Notes: generated by a model from the letters alone, not told the origin. A stretch of DNA of 63,580 nucleotides, filler included, from an uncultured Gemmatimonadota bacterium (GCA_964490075.1; 13 parts of 13 records of this genome joined end to end with filler, not necessarily neighbours in it), one strand, 5' to 3'; shown: positions 42,601 through 52,411, counted from the first letter of the whole stretch. Made by a program: numbers and translations.

Positions 42601-42821
42601 GCGACGACGACACCGAGCAGGGTTGGCTGCACGGTCCCTTCAAGCTGAGCAAGGGGGGGGAGGAGATCGGCATCTACGATCTCGACCTGCGCGGCAACGG
42701 CGCGCTCGATCGCATCGTCTTCGGCCCGCAGACCAGCGACATCAGCGAGGGCCGCTCACCCGACGGCGCGCCGAGCTGGGTGGTGCTGCCCTTCGCCACC
42801 CCGGGTGAGGCCAATCCCTAA
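39693..42821 (+). CDS. Secreted malectin-like / FN3 / CotH kinase / 2x lamin-tail domain protein
   Basis: YRFDLPNGSYLLSLHF; FVDTNV...YSYRLVAVDAFGN; RYRGNTS, NLYLY, FIPWDLD; VNE...WVE...LSDD repeats. Confidence 0.88.
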   Translation: MRHVQTTSLLLVALLAATAPAAAYRQGFNCGGKKTRTMDDGAVYTKDRAYSLGNGSGYVGGEAVRPDLLASLNPLGGIVPGVQERNILSSRRVGWQEYRFDLPNGSYLLSLHFMEWSVHWSDIRVCDIEVEGELLFDDLDIFERADRLYALNLRRIVEVDDGQLNIVAHALIDEPLLSALHVETLVPDDDPPPRPNNVALVPGYSENVLTWTTNHQRDQLGVVVLRSTDGGPEEPITPDPLVATRFVDTNVEAGRHYSYRLVAVDAFGNTSFPSLSAAGVPLASAESDLVVYGFEMSQQDLVWLNNNRQSDTYLPALFWTLDDLWPDARLRYRGNTSRSNVKKNHKIRVDRAFPSGHDVLNLQAHWFDPSMMREALAYQSLALSGVTSGIPDYVHFERNGEYIGVYQSAEQVDEHFLERRGLEGSVWKGIDATFVRRANPSRYYQDYELQVGDYNDFDHLADFIDLVALSSDEEFRTEINKHLDVDRFLDYYAGNAVFSGWDFTGWNLYLYRDRASGLFEFIPWDLDAAWESENIGQPIDIATQDHPILLLFWNRLYDRMTTIPQFRRMVGVRVQQLIEGPVDGPTLIAMMRADHALIRPDVERDKYKLGWEEIDPFDDELAVLERFVERRVENLYEQLQSFAPDPTVNLFVNEALRWNQALVADEWGEFDPWVEIHNFANETIDLGGLWLSDDAANTQKWAFEAGTAIAAGGHLLVWLDGEPGQGALHADFRLAGDAEHLLLSRSGGTPIDGMVFDPVSFPDLPTARVEDAAAALQPPAFATPGASNDPTPVVEATIEADPEYFLGEGIEIEVRLVNHRPFPRDLTLALRAETELGERDLALETVFVDGGDSVAVAVAGSAPAQIEPLEVRLVATLRDELQRVIQVTERTLNLRDPEPPLLVVNEIMASNDTTIADQGDDYDDWVELYNAGGRKAHLAGLFLSDDAAEPRRWPLPDRDLGPGDHLLFWCDDDTEQGWLHGPFKLSKGGEEIGIYDLDLRGNGALDRIVFGPQTSDISEGRSPDGAPSWVVLPFATPGEANP

Positions 42822-42828
42822 CAACGAA

Positions 42829-42863
42829 ACACCGCCCCCGGCTACCCAGTCCGGGGACGGTGT
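42829..42863. terminator. Hairpin between convergent genes
   Basis: ACACCGCCCCCGG...CCGGGGACGGTGT, 8 nt after the CotH stop. Confidence 0.5.
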
Positions 42864-43006
42864 CCGCTTCGGTTCGATCGACCTGACGCTGGAGTCCTAA
42901 GACGGCAAGCAGCGTCGGAGAGGCTGATGAACCAAAGGAGGTGGAGCGGGACTCCCCCTCGCCGGCGCCGGGAGGCGCACCGGGCGAGGGGGGCCCGCCG
43001 AGCCCG

Positions 43007-43285
43007 CTAGAGGGGCCGCAGCTCCGAGCCGTTGCTCGAGATGAGCCCGAGTAGCCCACCGTTTCCGTTGATCATTCCAATCAGTCCGCCGTTCTGCTCG
43101 ATGAACCCGAGCAGCGCGCCGTTGTTGTTCAGCTGACCGAGCAGCCCGCCGTTGAAGTCCATGTGGCCGATCAGTCCGCCGTTGTTGTTCAGGTGGGCGA
43201 TGTAGCCGCCGTTGCCGCGGATCAACCCGATGAAGCCGACGTTGTTGTTAAGCTGGACGATGGATCCGAAGATGGCGGGGAGCTT
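43007..43285 (-). CDS. C-terminus of a decapeptide-repeat Asn/Gly protein (5' truncated)
   Basis: Eight 10-aa units, e.g. LNNNGGLIGH / MDFNGGLLGQ / LNNNGALLGF; open frame to the contig edge. Confidence 0.75.
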   Translation of the reverse strand, partial: KLPAIFGSIVQLNNNVGFIGLIRGNGGYIAHLNNNGGLIGHMDFNGGLLGQLNNNGALLGFIEQNGGLIGMINGNGGLLGLISSNGSELRPL

Positions 43286-43385
43286 NNNNNNNNNNNNNNN
43301 NNNNNNNNNNNNNNNNNNNNNNNNNNNNNTTAATTAATTAANNNNNNNNNNNNNNNNNNNNNNNNNNNNNNNNNNNNNNNNNNNN

Positions 43386-43542
43386 CGATGACGGCAAGGT
43401 CGAGATCGGAGTAGCGGCGGGCGCGACCCGTCACGCGCGATCCGAATGCCCAAACCTCGCGGTCCGGTACCAGCTTGCGCAAGATGTCCCGGAGCATCCG
43501 CCGCTCCTCGTGGCTCAGCTCGACGGCGGGGCGTTGGGTCAC
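43386..43542 (-). CDS. Minimal nucleotidyltransferase (MNT) antitoxin, partial
   Basis: VWAFGSRVTGRARRYSDLDLAV (GSx10DxD). Confidence 0.88.
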
Positions 43543-43700
43543 CGCTGTACCTTCTCGAGCTCCGCGAACAGAAAGCGCGCCTCGTCCAAATAGTCCGGAA
43601 TTGCCGCGACCACCTCGAGAGCGATCTCTTCGTCGTAGGTGTGGCTGCTCTTGGCCCGCATGCGCCGGAAGGTCCGCCAGCGCGGCCAATCTCCTTGAAT
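43539..43700 (-). pseudogene. C-terminal remnant of an HI0074-family HEPN toxin
   Basis: GDWPRWRTFRRMRAKSSHTYDEEIALEV (RxxxxH); overlaps the MNT start (GTGA); no homologous N-terminus upstream. Confidence 0.75.
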
Positions 43701-43826
43701 AGCGCGTTGGGGGAATTCCGTACGGTCGACGCAGACAAGCTCGCGATCGCAATGTCGCACGCCCAGATCTGGTTTACGCTCGAGATGGAACGTGGCCCGC
43801 CACGACACCACCGAGCGGAGGTCTCC

Positions 43827-46800
43827 ATGCACGCTGTCTGGTCGTTCACCGCCGCCATTCTGCTCGCCTCGCCGCTCGCCCCGGCGCCCGCCGAATGGCA
43901 CGAAGGCCTGAGCGCCACCAGCGTCGGGCGCTTCGGCTGGTGGCCCTCGCGGCCGGTCAACAACAGCGCCGGATCCGTGCGCATGAGCGAATACGAAGAG
44001 AACCTCGTGGCCCGCGTGCACAGCGACCAGGTGGAGCGCAGCGTGCTGGGACTCGACGATCGGCCGTGGGCGCTGCGCTTCGGCCTGGGGGTGGCGCCGG
44101 ATGCGGCGGTCGACTCGGTGCGGGTCGAGAGCCTGAGCTGGGCCTCGAAGACCTGGACCGCGTTCCGCGCCGGCACCGAGCAGCGGCTTTCGGTGAACGC
44201 GCTCTCGCCCGGCATCTGGCTCGAAAGCGCCGAGGCCAACATCCGCCTGGCCAGCGACGACACGCTCGGGTTCATCGCTTACTCGGGGGCGGCCGGTGTG
44301 GCGGTCGTCGACCTCGCCGATCCGCCGGGCGGCGGGCCGGCCTACGAAGGACGCCGCGACGGGGCCTGGGGCGAGGGCTGGCTCTTGATCTGGCAGGCCG
44401 CGGAGAGCTCCCTGCCGGGGCGCATTCCCGTGCTCTTGACGCTCGCCTCCAACCCCGACCGGATCGAGATGGAGGGCGACGAGCTGGCGATCCGCTTCGT
44501 GTCGGCGATCGGCGACAGTTTGCGCGCGGTGCTCTCGTTGCCCTACGGGGTCGCGGCGCTCGACCCCGCCGAGGTGGCGCTCTGGTCGACCGCGCTGCCC
44601 GATTCGGTGACCGAACGCTGCCGCCTCCTGGCCGACATGGCGGTGCACTGGCCGGATGAAGTGACCGAGCGATACTCGATCGACGAGGCTGCCGGGCGGG
44701 TCGAGATTCGCGACCATTTCCGCTACCGCCCGCTGCGCGACCAGTGGCAGAGCGCCGGCCGCAAGGCCGCCTCACTGCCCCCCCTGGTCGCCTTCGCCCG
44801 CGACCAGGGCCACGACGTGCGGACCCCCGATCCCGGTCTGGCTCCCCTTGGCTATCCAACCAGATCCGGTCCTTTGGAAGTGGTGCTGGACTCCGACTCG
44901 CTGAGCTTCTCTCTACCTCTCGCGCCGCGCCACAATATCCACCTGGTCGGCTCCGAGCTGGCACCGACCGACTGGGTGCGGCGCACCCGCTGCGCGATCG
45001 ACCGTCCCGCCGACGAGCTGGTCTGGGATCTCGACAAGAGCTGGGGCGGTGGGGCCTGGTCCGCGGCCACCATGCACGGCCGTTTCGCGGCTTTGCTCAC
45101 AACCGACAACGTGACGCGCGGCCGCTTCATCCACAAGGTTCGGGAAATCCTCGACTGGATCACACTCGACTTCGGCCCGGGCGGCCCCTACAACACCAAG
45201 ACCGAGCCGACCACGGGCCACAGTTACCACTGGTTGACGCACGCCGGCAGCTATCCCCATTTCCCCATGGATCAGGATGTGGTCGGCGCCAATCTCGAGT
45301 TCATCTGGGAATACGGGCTGTTCTCGGGTGATTGGTGGTACCTCGAGAACAACTGGACCGAGATCCAGAACATCTTCGAGTATCTACACTTGGTCAACGA
45401 CTGGGCCTACCTGGCGTCGTCGTGCCGGGACTGGGGTGGCTGTGGTTCCTTCCTCGACATGTTCCCGGCGCAGTGGATGGGTTATGTCGCCTATGCCAAC
45501 ATCGCGGCGGTCCTCGGCCACGGCGAGGACGAGCGCGAAGGCAGATACCTCGCGTCTCGCGCTTTGTTGCCCCTGACTGCACGATTCCAGTTCGAGCCCT
45601 ATCTGACCCGCTACTTCCCCTTCGACCATGAGAACCGCATCGTTTCCGGCTTCGGGGAATCTGAGCCGGCCGGAGTGTTGGAAAACAGCTGGTGTGGACA
45701 TCCCAACAACAGCATTGTCGACTGGGCCGATAAAACCATCAGCGGGGAGCGCTTCCACCCGCTGGTTTACGAGGCTTACGCGCGACTGGTTCCCGATGCG
45801 TTTACGCAGATTCTCTCCGAGGGTGAAGCGCTCAACGGAGCCGACTTCAATTTCGAGCATGGTCAGTTCGAAGACAATCATGTCTATGCCTTCTGGAAGA
45901 TGGGCTGGGGCGGCACCTGGTTGGCCGAGAAGTGGGCACAGCTACACGCCGCGGAACAATCCCATTCCTCCAATGTGAAGCTCTTCGGCCCCAACCTCGG
46001 CGACCCGAACGCATTCATGATGTCGCTGGTCGGCAACGAGGATATTCCCGTCGCCCTCGGCTCCTGGGAGCCCGGTGTGGTCGAGGCGGCCAACTACCTG
46101 CGTGGCTCGGGGGAGCTACGCGTCCACCTTCGGAATCTCTTTGCCACCACCACCCCACTCAGCATCGTTTCGCCGGAGCAGCCAACCCAGGCGACACTCG
46201 ACGGAGCCCCGGTCGGTTGGACCTACGATCCTCTGTGGGACCTGGTGACGATTCCGGTCGACGGAGCCGGCCTGCATTCGATCGCCTTGCACTTCCCCTT
46301 CCAGGCCCCCGATCCTCCAACCCCGGATCCACCCGACAGCAACCTGGCGCTCAACCCTGGGTTCGAGGAATCGGGAGTCGGCAATTCAAACTACACACGT
46401 CCCTGGATTCTCTACAACAACAAGAACGCCCGCGCCGTTCTGGACGAATTCCGTTCCCATTCGGGCGACCATTCGATGCGTCTCCATGCCTACGCGGCGC
46501 ACGACACCATCGAAAACTACGTTTCCGTCTTTCAGAATATCTACTTCGGCGAGGAGAAGCCCTTCACTGTGTCGTTCTGGTACAGCATCCCCTTCTCGAT
46601 TCCAGACAGCACCTTCTCGGTCACCGTACAGCTCTACGAGGATCGGCACGACGCAGAGTCGAGCTCGACAAAGCGCTATCTTCCGGTGGACCAGTACCCG
46701 ATCGACGATCAGTGGCACGAGATGCGGATCGCCGTCGACGACACCTTGCTGCTGCAAGGCAAGGCGATCTGCCGGCTCGGTTTTGGGTTGCGCGAAGCGA

Positions 46801-47183
46801 CCAGCGGCAGCATCTACCTCGACGACCTGAAGCTCGTCTCGCCGGCGTTGACAACCCCCTGCGATTTGGATCTGGAGGCCCTGTCCCATCCCGCCTTCGT
46901 CAGCCCCGGTGGAGTGTTGAGGATCGACACGCGGGCGATCAATCGGTGCGAAAGCGCAAAGATCCTCGACGAGCTCACCTTCGACACCGCGGGTCCGGCC
47001 GACTATTCCGTCGTGATCTACCAGCGCGCACCTCTGGAGGTCGCCGCGGGGGGCGAGCAGCTCGCCACGATCAGTCTTCAGGTCCCCCTCGGCACGCCCT
47101 TGGGCCTGTACGACATCGATTTGTCGATCGCGAGTCTCGGGGTGGGAATCGATACGGAGTCGATCCAGGTGGAGGTTTGGTAG
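43827..47183 (+). CDS. Large secreted glycoside-hydrolase-like protein (helical barrel, CBM4/9-like, Ig-like C-terminus)
   Basis: Signal peptide; IWEYGLFSGDWWYLENNW; NLALNPGFEE...SHSGDHSMRL...IYLDDLKL. Confidence 0.6.
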   Translation: MHAVWSFTAAILLASPLAPAPAEWHEGLSATSVGRFGWWPSRPVNNSAGSVRMSEYEENLVARVHSDQVERSVLGLDDRPWALRFGLGVAPDAAVDSVRVESLSWASKTWTAFRAGTEQRLSVNALSPGIWLESAEANIRLASDDTLGFIAYSGAAGVAVVDLADPPGGGPAYEGRRDGAWGEGWLLIWQAAESSLPGRIPVLLTLASNPDRIEMEGDELAIRFVSAIGDSLRAVLSLPYGVAALDPAEVALWSTALPDSVTERCRLLADMAVHWPDEVTERYSIDEAAGRVEIRDHFRYRPLRDQWQSAGRKAASLPPLVAFARDQGHDVRTPDPGLAPLGYPTRSGPLEVVLDSDSLSFSLPLAPRHNIHLVGSELAPTDWVRRTRCAIDRPADELVWDLDKSWGGGAWSAATMHGRFAALLTTDNVTRGRFIHKVREILDWITLDFGPGGPYNTKTEPTTGHSYHWLTHAGSYPHFPMDQDVVGANLEFIWEYGLFSGDWWYLENNWTEIQNIFEYLHLVNDWAYLASSCRDWGGCGSFLDMFPAQWMGYVAYANIAAVLGHGEDEREGRYLASRALLPLTARFQFEPYLTRYFPFDHENRIVSGFGESEPAGVLENSWCGHPNNSIVDWADKTISGERFHPLVYEAYARLVPDAFTQILSEGEALNGADFNFEHGQFEDNHVYAFWKMGWGGTWLAEKWAQLHAAEQSHSSNVKLFGPNLGDPNAFMMSLVGNEDIPVALGSWEPGVVEAANYLRGSGELRVHLRNLFATTTPLSIVSPEQPTQATLDGAPVGWTYDPLWDLVTIPVDGAGLHSIALHFPFQAPDPPTPDPPDSNLALNPGFEESGVGNSNYTRPWILYNNKNARAVLDEFRSHSGDHSMRLHAYAAHDTIENYVSVFQNIYFGEEKPFTVSFWYSIPFSIPDSTFSVTVQLYEDRHDAESSSTKRYLPVDQYPIDDQWHEMRIAVDDTLLLQGKAICRLGFGLREATSGSIYLDDLKLVSPALTTPCDLDLEALSHPAFVSPGGVLRIDTRAINRCESAKILDELTFDTAGPADYSVVIYQRAPLEVAAGGEQLATISLQVPLGTPLGLYDIDLSIASLGVGIDTESIQVEVW

Positions 47184-47192
47184 AACGCACCA

Positions 47193-47604
47193 TCAACGCA
47201 CCGACCGGTAGACCGGTCCCCGCCCACTCTTGCCAAGCACCAGTTGCCAGAGCTGCCCCTGGCCACTGCGAAAGAAGCCGGCGGAGCACATCAGGTAGTA
47301 GCGCCACATGCGCCGGAAACGCTCGCCGTAGCTCCGCTTCAGGGTCGGCCACGCGGCGCTGAAGTTGCGCCACCAGGCCATCAAGGTGCGGTCGTAATCG
47401 CGGCCGAAGCTATGCCAGTCCTCGATCACGAAGCGGTCTTCCAGCGCCCCGGTCAGCTCCACCGGAGAGGGCAGCTTGCCGTTCGGGAAGATGTGCTTCT
47501 CGATCCACGGATCGGTGCTGCGCGAGGCTCTCGGCACACCGATGGTGTGCAACAGAAACAGGCCCTCGTCCTTCAGCACCGATCGCACGGTTTCGAAGAA
47601 GATG
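47193..47604 (-). pseudogene. cfa: 3' part of cyclopropane-fatty-acyl-phospholipid synthase, cut by an IS end
   Basis: GLFLLHTIG, DPWIEKHIFPNGKLPS, EDWHSFGRDYDRTLMAW, ERFRRMWRYYL. Confidence 0.88.
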
Positions 47605-47711
47605 CTTAGACGCTCGCCAGAATTGACCCGGGTCCGCTCACGAGAATTGACCCACTTGAGGAGGCGTGGAGCGGCGATTGAGGCGGTCGGTGTTCGCCAG
47701 GTCGCGCATTT
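47605..47711. mobile_element. IS21-like element end
   Basis: ACGCTCGCCAGAATTGACCC...GCTCACGAGAATTGACCCAC tandem subterminal repeats typical of IS21 ends, at the cfa breakpoint. Confidence 0.6.
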
Positions 47712-47766
47712 GTAGGTAGTTGCGGTTGTCAACCACCTACCGTCCGAAAACTCAGGACAGTCGCCG
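47712..47766. mobile_element. Second copy of the 55-bp hairpin-bearing element terminus
   Basis: Reverse complement of 23032-23086. Confidence 0.75.
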
Positions 47767-47866
47767 NNNNNNNNNNNNNNNNNNNNNNNNNNNNNNNNNN
47801 NNNNNNNNNNTTAATTAATTAANNNNNNNNNNNNNNNNNNNNNNNNNNNNNNNNNNNNNNNNNNNN

Positions 47867-48653
47867 CCCCCATCTCGTCGACCACCTCCCGCCCCAGTGC
47901 GTTGACCAGCCAGGGCTGGCCCCCGGTCAGCGCAAACGCCTGGTCCAGCGCGCCTTCCGCGAAGGGCTGGCCGGTGTCGGCGCTGTGCTGGCCGTAGAGC
48001 TCGGCGACCTGGGCGGCGCTGAAGTTGCCCATGCTGAGGGATTTGACCAGCACGTTGAAGGGGCTGGCGGTGCCGAGGCGGGTGGGATCGCCGCCCGAGG
48101 CGGCCTTGTAATCGCGCACGTCGCGCAGGCCGCAGAGGATCACGGAGGCGGGGAAGGCCGCGCCGCGCTCGGGGTGCCCGGCGCGCAGTTGGCGCAGGAC
48201 CGAGATCAAGCTCTGACCCAGGAGAGCATCGATCTCGTCGAAGACCAGCACCAGGGGGCGCGGGCAGGCCCGGGACCAGGACTCGAGCTGTACCTGCAGA
48301 AGGGCGCCGTCGGAGGCGGGCAAAAGCTCGGCGTGGGGACACTGCTCGGCCGGGAGCTGAGAGCGCGCCGCCAGCACGATGTTGTTCCAAATGATGCGCT
48401 CCGCCGCCGCATAGTCCTCCCCAACCGCCTGCCCGCCCTCGCAGGAGAAATGCAGCCCGGCATACTCGCCCTCGGCGGTGAGCAAACGGCAGAGCTCGCG
48501 CAGCGACGTGGTCTTGCCGGTCTGGCGCGGGGCGTGCACCACGAAGAAGGCACGCTGCGCGATCAGCGCACGCGCGCCCGGAAGGCGCGGCTCCGGGGGC
48601 ACCATGTAGTGCAGATCGGGCAGGCAGACGCCACCGGTGTTGAAGTAGCGCAT
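47867..48653 (-). CDS. AAA-like (AAA_35-type) ATP-binding protein, partial
   Basis: MRYFNTGG, HAPRQTGKTT, LVFDEID, SPFNV, TGGQPWLVNAL. Confidence 0.88.
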
Positions 48654-48899
48654 GGGAGTCTCCGGCGCGGGGGATGGGTGGATCGTAGCGCAGGTGGCGG
48701 GTGGACGCGGATTCTTGGAGGATCCCGAGTCCACCCCAAACACGGGCAGCATCGCAAATCGTGGTAGAGTTCACTTACGCAGTGTCCGCCACCCGAAACC
48801 CGCCCCGCCCGGTCCAGAAGGGGACCGCGGGAGAGGCTCGGAGGGTGGACGAAGGAGAGAGCCACCGATTCCGGTAGAAACACAAGAAGGGGGGACGCA

Positions 48900-51800
48900 A
48901 TGACGTCTCAGCTCTCAGCTCTCAGGGAAGCGTAGTTGGCGATTTGTCGCTGCATTGTGTGTGATCGCACTTTCTTCGGCGACATCTCCGGGGCAAGTGG
49001 TCCAGCCCTTTCCGCGCGTCAACTTCCTCGAGAATCCTGGATTCGAGGTGGTCTATGACGTGAACACCCTTGTCTTTCCCGCGGGCTATCCCTGTCACTC
49101 CGAAGAGGGCGTGCACGTCGTGCATTGGTGGGGAAACGACGGCTTTGCCGCCGAAGAGACTTTCCAGTACTACCCGATCCACGCCACCGGCATCGCCACC
49201 GAGCAGATCGAGTTCAAGACCGACGGCGAACGCGGCAATGTCATCCACTTCCGAGAAGGGCGGGATTTCAACGACTACTTTCTGGTCTACCGGCGCAGTG
49301 CCAGCTCTTGCACCCACCCGGACTTGCAGGCCATCGCAATCGACCCGCACCAGTGGGCGCCGGCCGACTTCGAGCTGCGCTTCCATGCCAAAGGCAACGC
49401 GGGCGATCTGCTCAGCATCCGAGTTAGCGCTTCGGGAGAGGTGAAGCATGGATCGCTCGCATCGGGATGGGAGCAGACCTACAACTTCACCGTCCAACTC
49501 GGCAACGACTGGCAGGAGCACGTGATCGAGATGCCGAACGATCAGATCGCGGTGAAGTCGGTCGATCTTCGTTTCGGGCTGGGTGAGAGCGCCGTGGGCG
49601 AAGCATGGCTCGATGACGTCAACCTGAACGACGCCCACAAGTGGATCACCGCCAGCGGGGAAAGCACCGAAATCGACATCCACCCCGAAGGCGAGCTGCT
49701 CGTAGATGGGACCCCCTTCGCGGTTCGGGCGATTCAGGATCGTTACAACTGGGCCTCGCCCACTTCACCGGGCGGTTCCACCTCGCTTGAGATCCTCCGC
49801 GATCGATGTCAGGCACTGGGCTTCGGTCCCGGAGGGATGGAGTTCGGCACCCTGCTCAAGCCGCCCTCCGGCTTCAATATCTACACGACCAAGCGCGAGG
49901 CGAGACTGGTGCTCGACGCCGCCCACACCGCGGGCATGAAGGTGATTCTCTGGCTGCCGCTCTACCCGGAGCAGGGCAACGATCGCCTTCCCTGGGTTAG
50001 AGGCCTTGTCGAAGAGTGGGTCACCGCTTTCAACGACCATCCCGCGCTCCTGGGCTGGACCTATGGTGATGAGGTCTCGCCCTCGAGAGTCGAACAGGCC
50101 GTCGATTGGGCGATGCTCCCCCACTACGAGTCGATTCCCGCGGTACAGGAGCGTTTTCATCCACTCTTTCTCTACACCTCCGGCTTCGTGTTCGATGAGG
50201 CGCCCGCAGACTGGGGAACCAACACCTTCTGCAACGACACCCGCCCCGCCGGCTGCCTGAGCGCGATGTTCGACATGGGCCATGTGCTGATGCCGAACTT
50301 CTTCCCTCTGCGCTCCTTCGCCGACGAAGTCGACGAAGTCGTGCCTCTGCTCGCCCGATGGTGCTGGAGCGCGGCCACGCTGCACTACGTGGATCGGCTG
50401 GCGCAAGAACCCTCTTCTTCGCATATCGCACGCGCCGTGCTGCCGGTCGCGCAGTTTCGCCCCAACGATTGCGCGACCTTGCCGCCGGACGGACGGGACG
50501 CGCGGCTGATGGCGGCGCAGGCCGCCGGCAGCCATGGCGTCGGCTACCTGGCGCAAGGGATCGGGATGAACGTCGAAAACCCCGGCGATTGCATCGGTCC
50601 CTTGTGGTGGGATCTGATCGACTCGGAGAACCGCCTCGAATGGGACGCGCAAACCAGCGATGCGGCCACGCACCTCTTCGACGCCTACCCCGACGCGAAT
50701 CGTATGGTTCAGCGGATCGCCGAAAAACGCTTCGCGGGCGATCCTTCTCCGGTCGCGCTGCCGCCCAAGGTGGTGCTGCAGGCGGCGCCGAAGTCTGAAA
50801 CCGAGACCTGGGTGACGGGGGACTCGTGGTTCAGCCCGGTCCAGCAGACCCCACCCGGGCTGACGACACTCCGTCATGGCAAGGCCTGCAACTTCTGGGG
50901 CGGCAACTGCGGCGGCTTCGTGCGCTTGAGCTTCGACGATCTGAGTGGCGCCTTCGATCCCGCTCGGATCGAGAAGGCGAAGCTGATGCTCACGATCCAC
51001 GAGCTGCAGCTCGAACCGGATGCAAACTGTGACATCAGACACTGCGGCTACATCACGCCGATGGTCCAGGTGGCGCGGATTCCGCAGGGGGTCGAGGCTG
51101 GGGACTCGTTGCTTTGGAACCATGCCACCGATTGGGGGACGTTCGCGGACCGGGACACGTTCGAGGTATTCGACCACACCTACAACAAGGATCAGCCGAA
51201 CGAAGAGCACGTCTACGACTTCGGCCTCCAGTTCCTCGCCTCGCACCAGCGGGCCTACGGCAGCCAACCCAACGTCGAGCTCCTTCCGGGTCGCACCGAC
51301 CGCATCGTCGACTTCGACCTGAGTGGAGTGGTGCGACATTGGGTCGGCGATCCCAACGAAGACCAGAGGCGCAACAACGGCCTCTTCGTGCAACCCCATC
51401 TGCCGACGCTGAGCTACGAGCCGCAACTCTCGTTCCACAGCAAGCGAGGCTTCAGCGGCCCCAACGCCCGCAAGCCCGCGCTGCTGATCTACGACGTCCC
51501 CGAGGGAGAGACCCCCAAGGCCCTCGGGGCGCCCTTCGCGCTCTTCTACGAGGCGCCGCCACACTACACTGGGGGGCTGATGCCACCCTCCGCTCCGGTC
51601 CGGGGCACCGAGCTGCACCACTCGGCGGCCGCCGAGGCGAAGGAGAGCTGGCTGCTCGCGGTCAACAACGACGGCTTGCCCCAGTGCCTGCGGATCTACT
51701 CCAACCGCCACCCCGCGGCTCCGGATCTGCAAGTCTTCTCCGCCACCTCTGGGGAGCAGATCGGCCTCGCATATCCCGGCGAAACCGATGCCCGCTACCC

Positions 51801-51996
51801 CGTCTACGGGACCTACGGAGAGTACGGGGATTGGGACTTCTGTCCAGAGACTCTGACCACCGGCCAGCGGTGGCATCCCGAGGTCGGCACCGACACCTAC
51901 CAGCCGATCACCCGCTGGACGCTGGAGCTGGACGGATCGTACGACGACGCTTCGATCGTGCTGGTGCGCATTCCCCACCCCATCCCCACTCCCTGA
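48900..51996 (+). CDS. Secreted CBM4/9-like + TIM-barrel glycoside-hydrolase-like + DNRLRE-like protein; N-terminus frameshifted at a 7-bp repeat
   Basis: FLENPGFE; LLVDGTPF; HPALLGWTYGDE; IEKAKLML...FDLSGVVRHW...NNGL; main ORF is 48955-51996. Confidence 0.65.
48906..48926 (+). repeat. Tandem heptamer TCTCAGC-TCTCAGC-TCTCAGG
   Basis: Direct reading; starts 6 nt after the first base of ATG 48900. Confidence 0.9.
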
Positions 51997-52008
51997 TCGG
52001 AGCCGATC

Positions 52009-52128
52009 ATGCGAGCCTTCCTGCTCCTTCTCCTGCCCCTCGCCGGCGCCGCCTCGGCGGCCTCGATCGATGAAAGCCGCTACCGCTTCGAGTCGGGGCG
52101 CTCGCTCAAGACCCCGGGAAGGGTGTGG
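52009..52128 (+). CDS. Secreted protein N-terminus (partial)
   Basis: MRAFLLLLLPLAGAASA signal peptide after GGAG. Confidence 0.55.
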
Positions 52129-52334
52129 NNNNNNNNNNNNNNNNNNNNNNNNNNNNNNNNNNNNNNNNNNNNTTAATTAATTAANNNNNNNNNNNNNNNN
52201 NNNNNNNNNNNNNNNNNNNNNNNNNNNNCGCGGAGCAAGCCGTGGCCACGGCGCCGGCTCCGTACCGCTGTTTGGTGTCTCCAGCCGGGTCAAGTGACGC
52301 CAGCGAGACACGAGAGTAAAGTGGATAGCCCTTT

Positions 52335-52411
52335 TCGCCGATTTCGTGTGTGGCGGCGCGGGCAACCGGGGCCGCCAGAAGAGCCAGGAAGGTCGCAGTC
52401 AAGAGACGCAT
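52335..52411 (-). pseudogene. Signal-peptide N-terminus interrupted by the 26-bp repeat
   Basis: MRLLTATFLALLAAPVARAATHEIG then runs into the repeat at 52309-52334. Confidence 0.45.

Noticed and set aside
43230-43255. AACAACAACGTCGGCTTC (NNNVGF) resembles a DGR template-repeat end
   Set aside because: It is one unit of a 10-aa periodic coding repeat; no reverse transcriptase or adenine-variant partner repeat is visible
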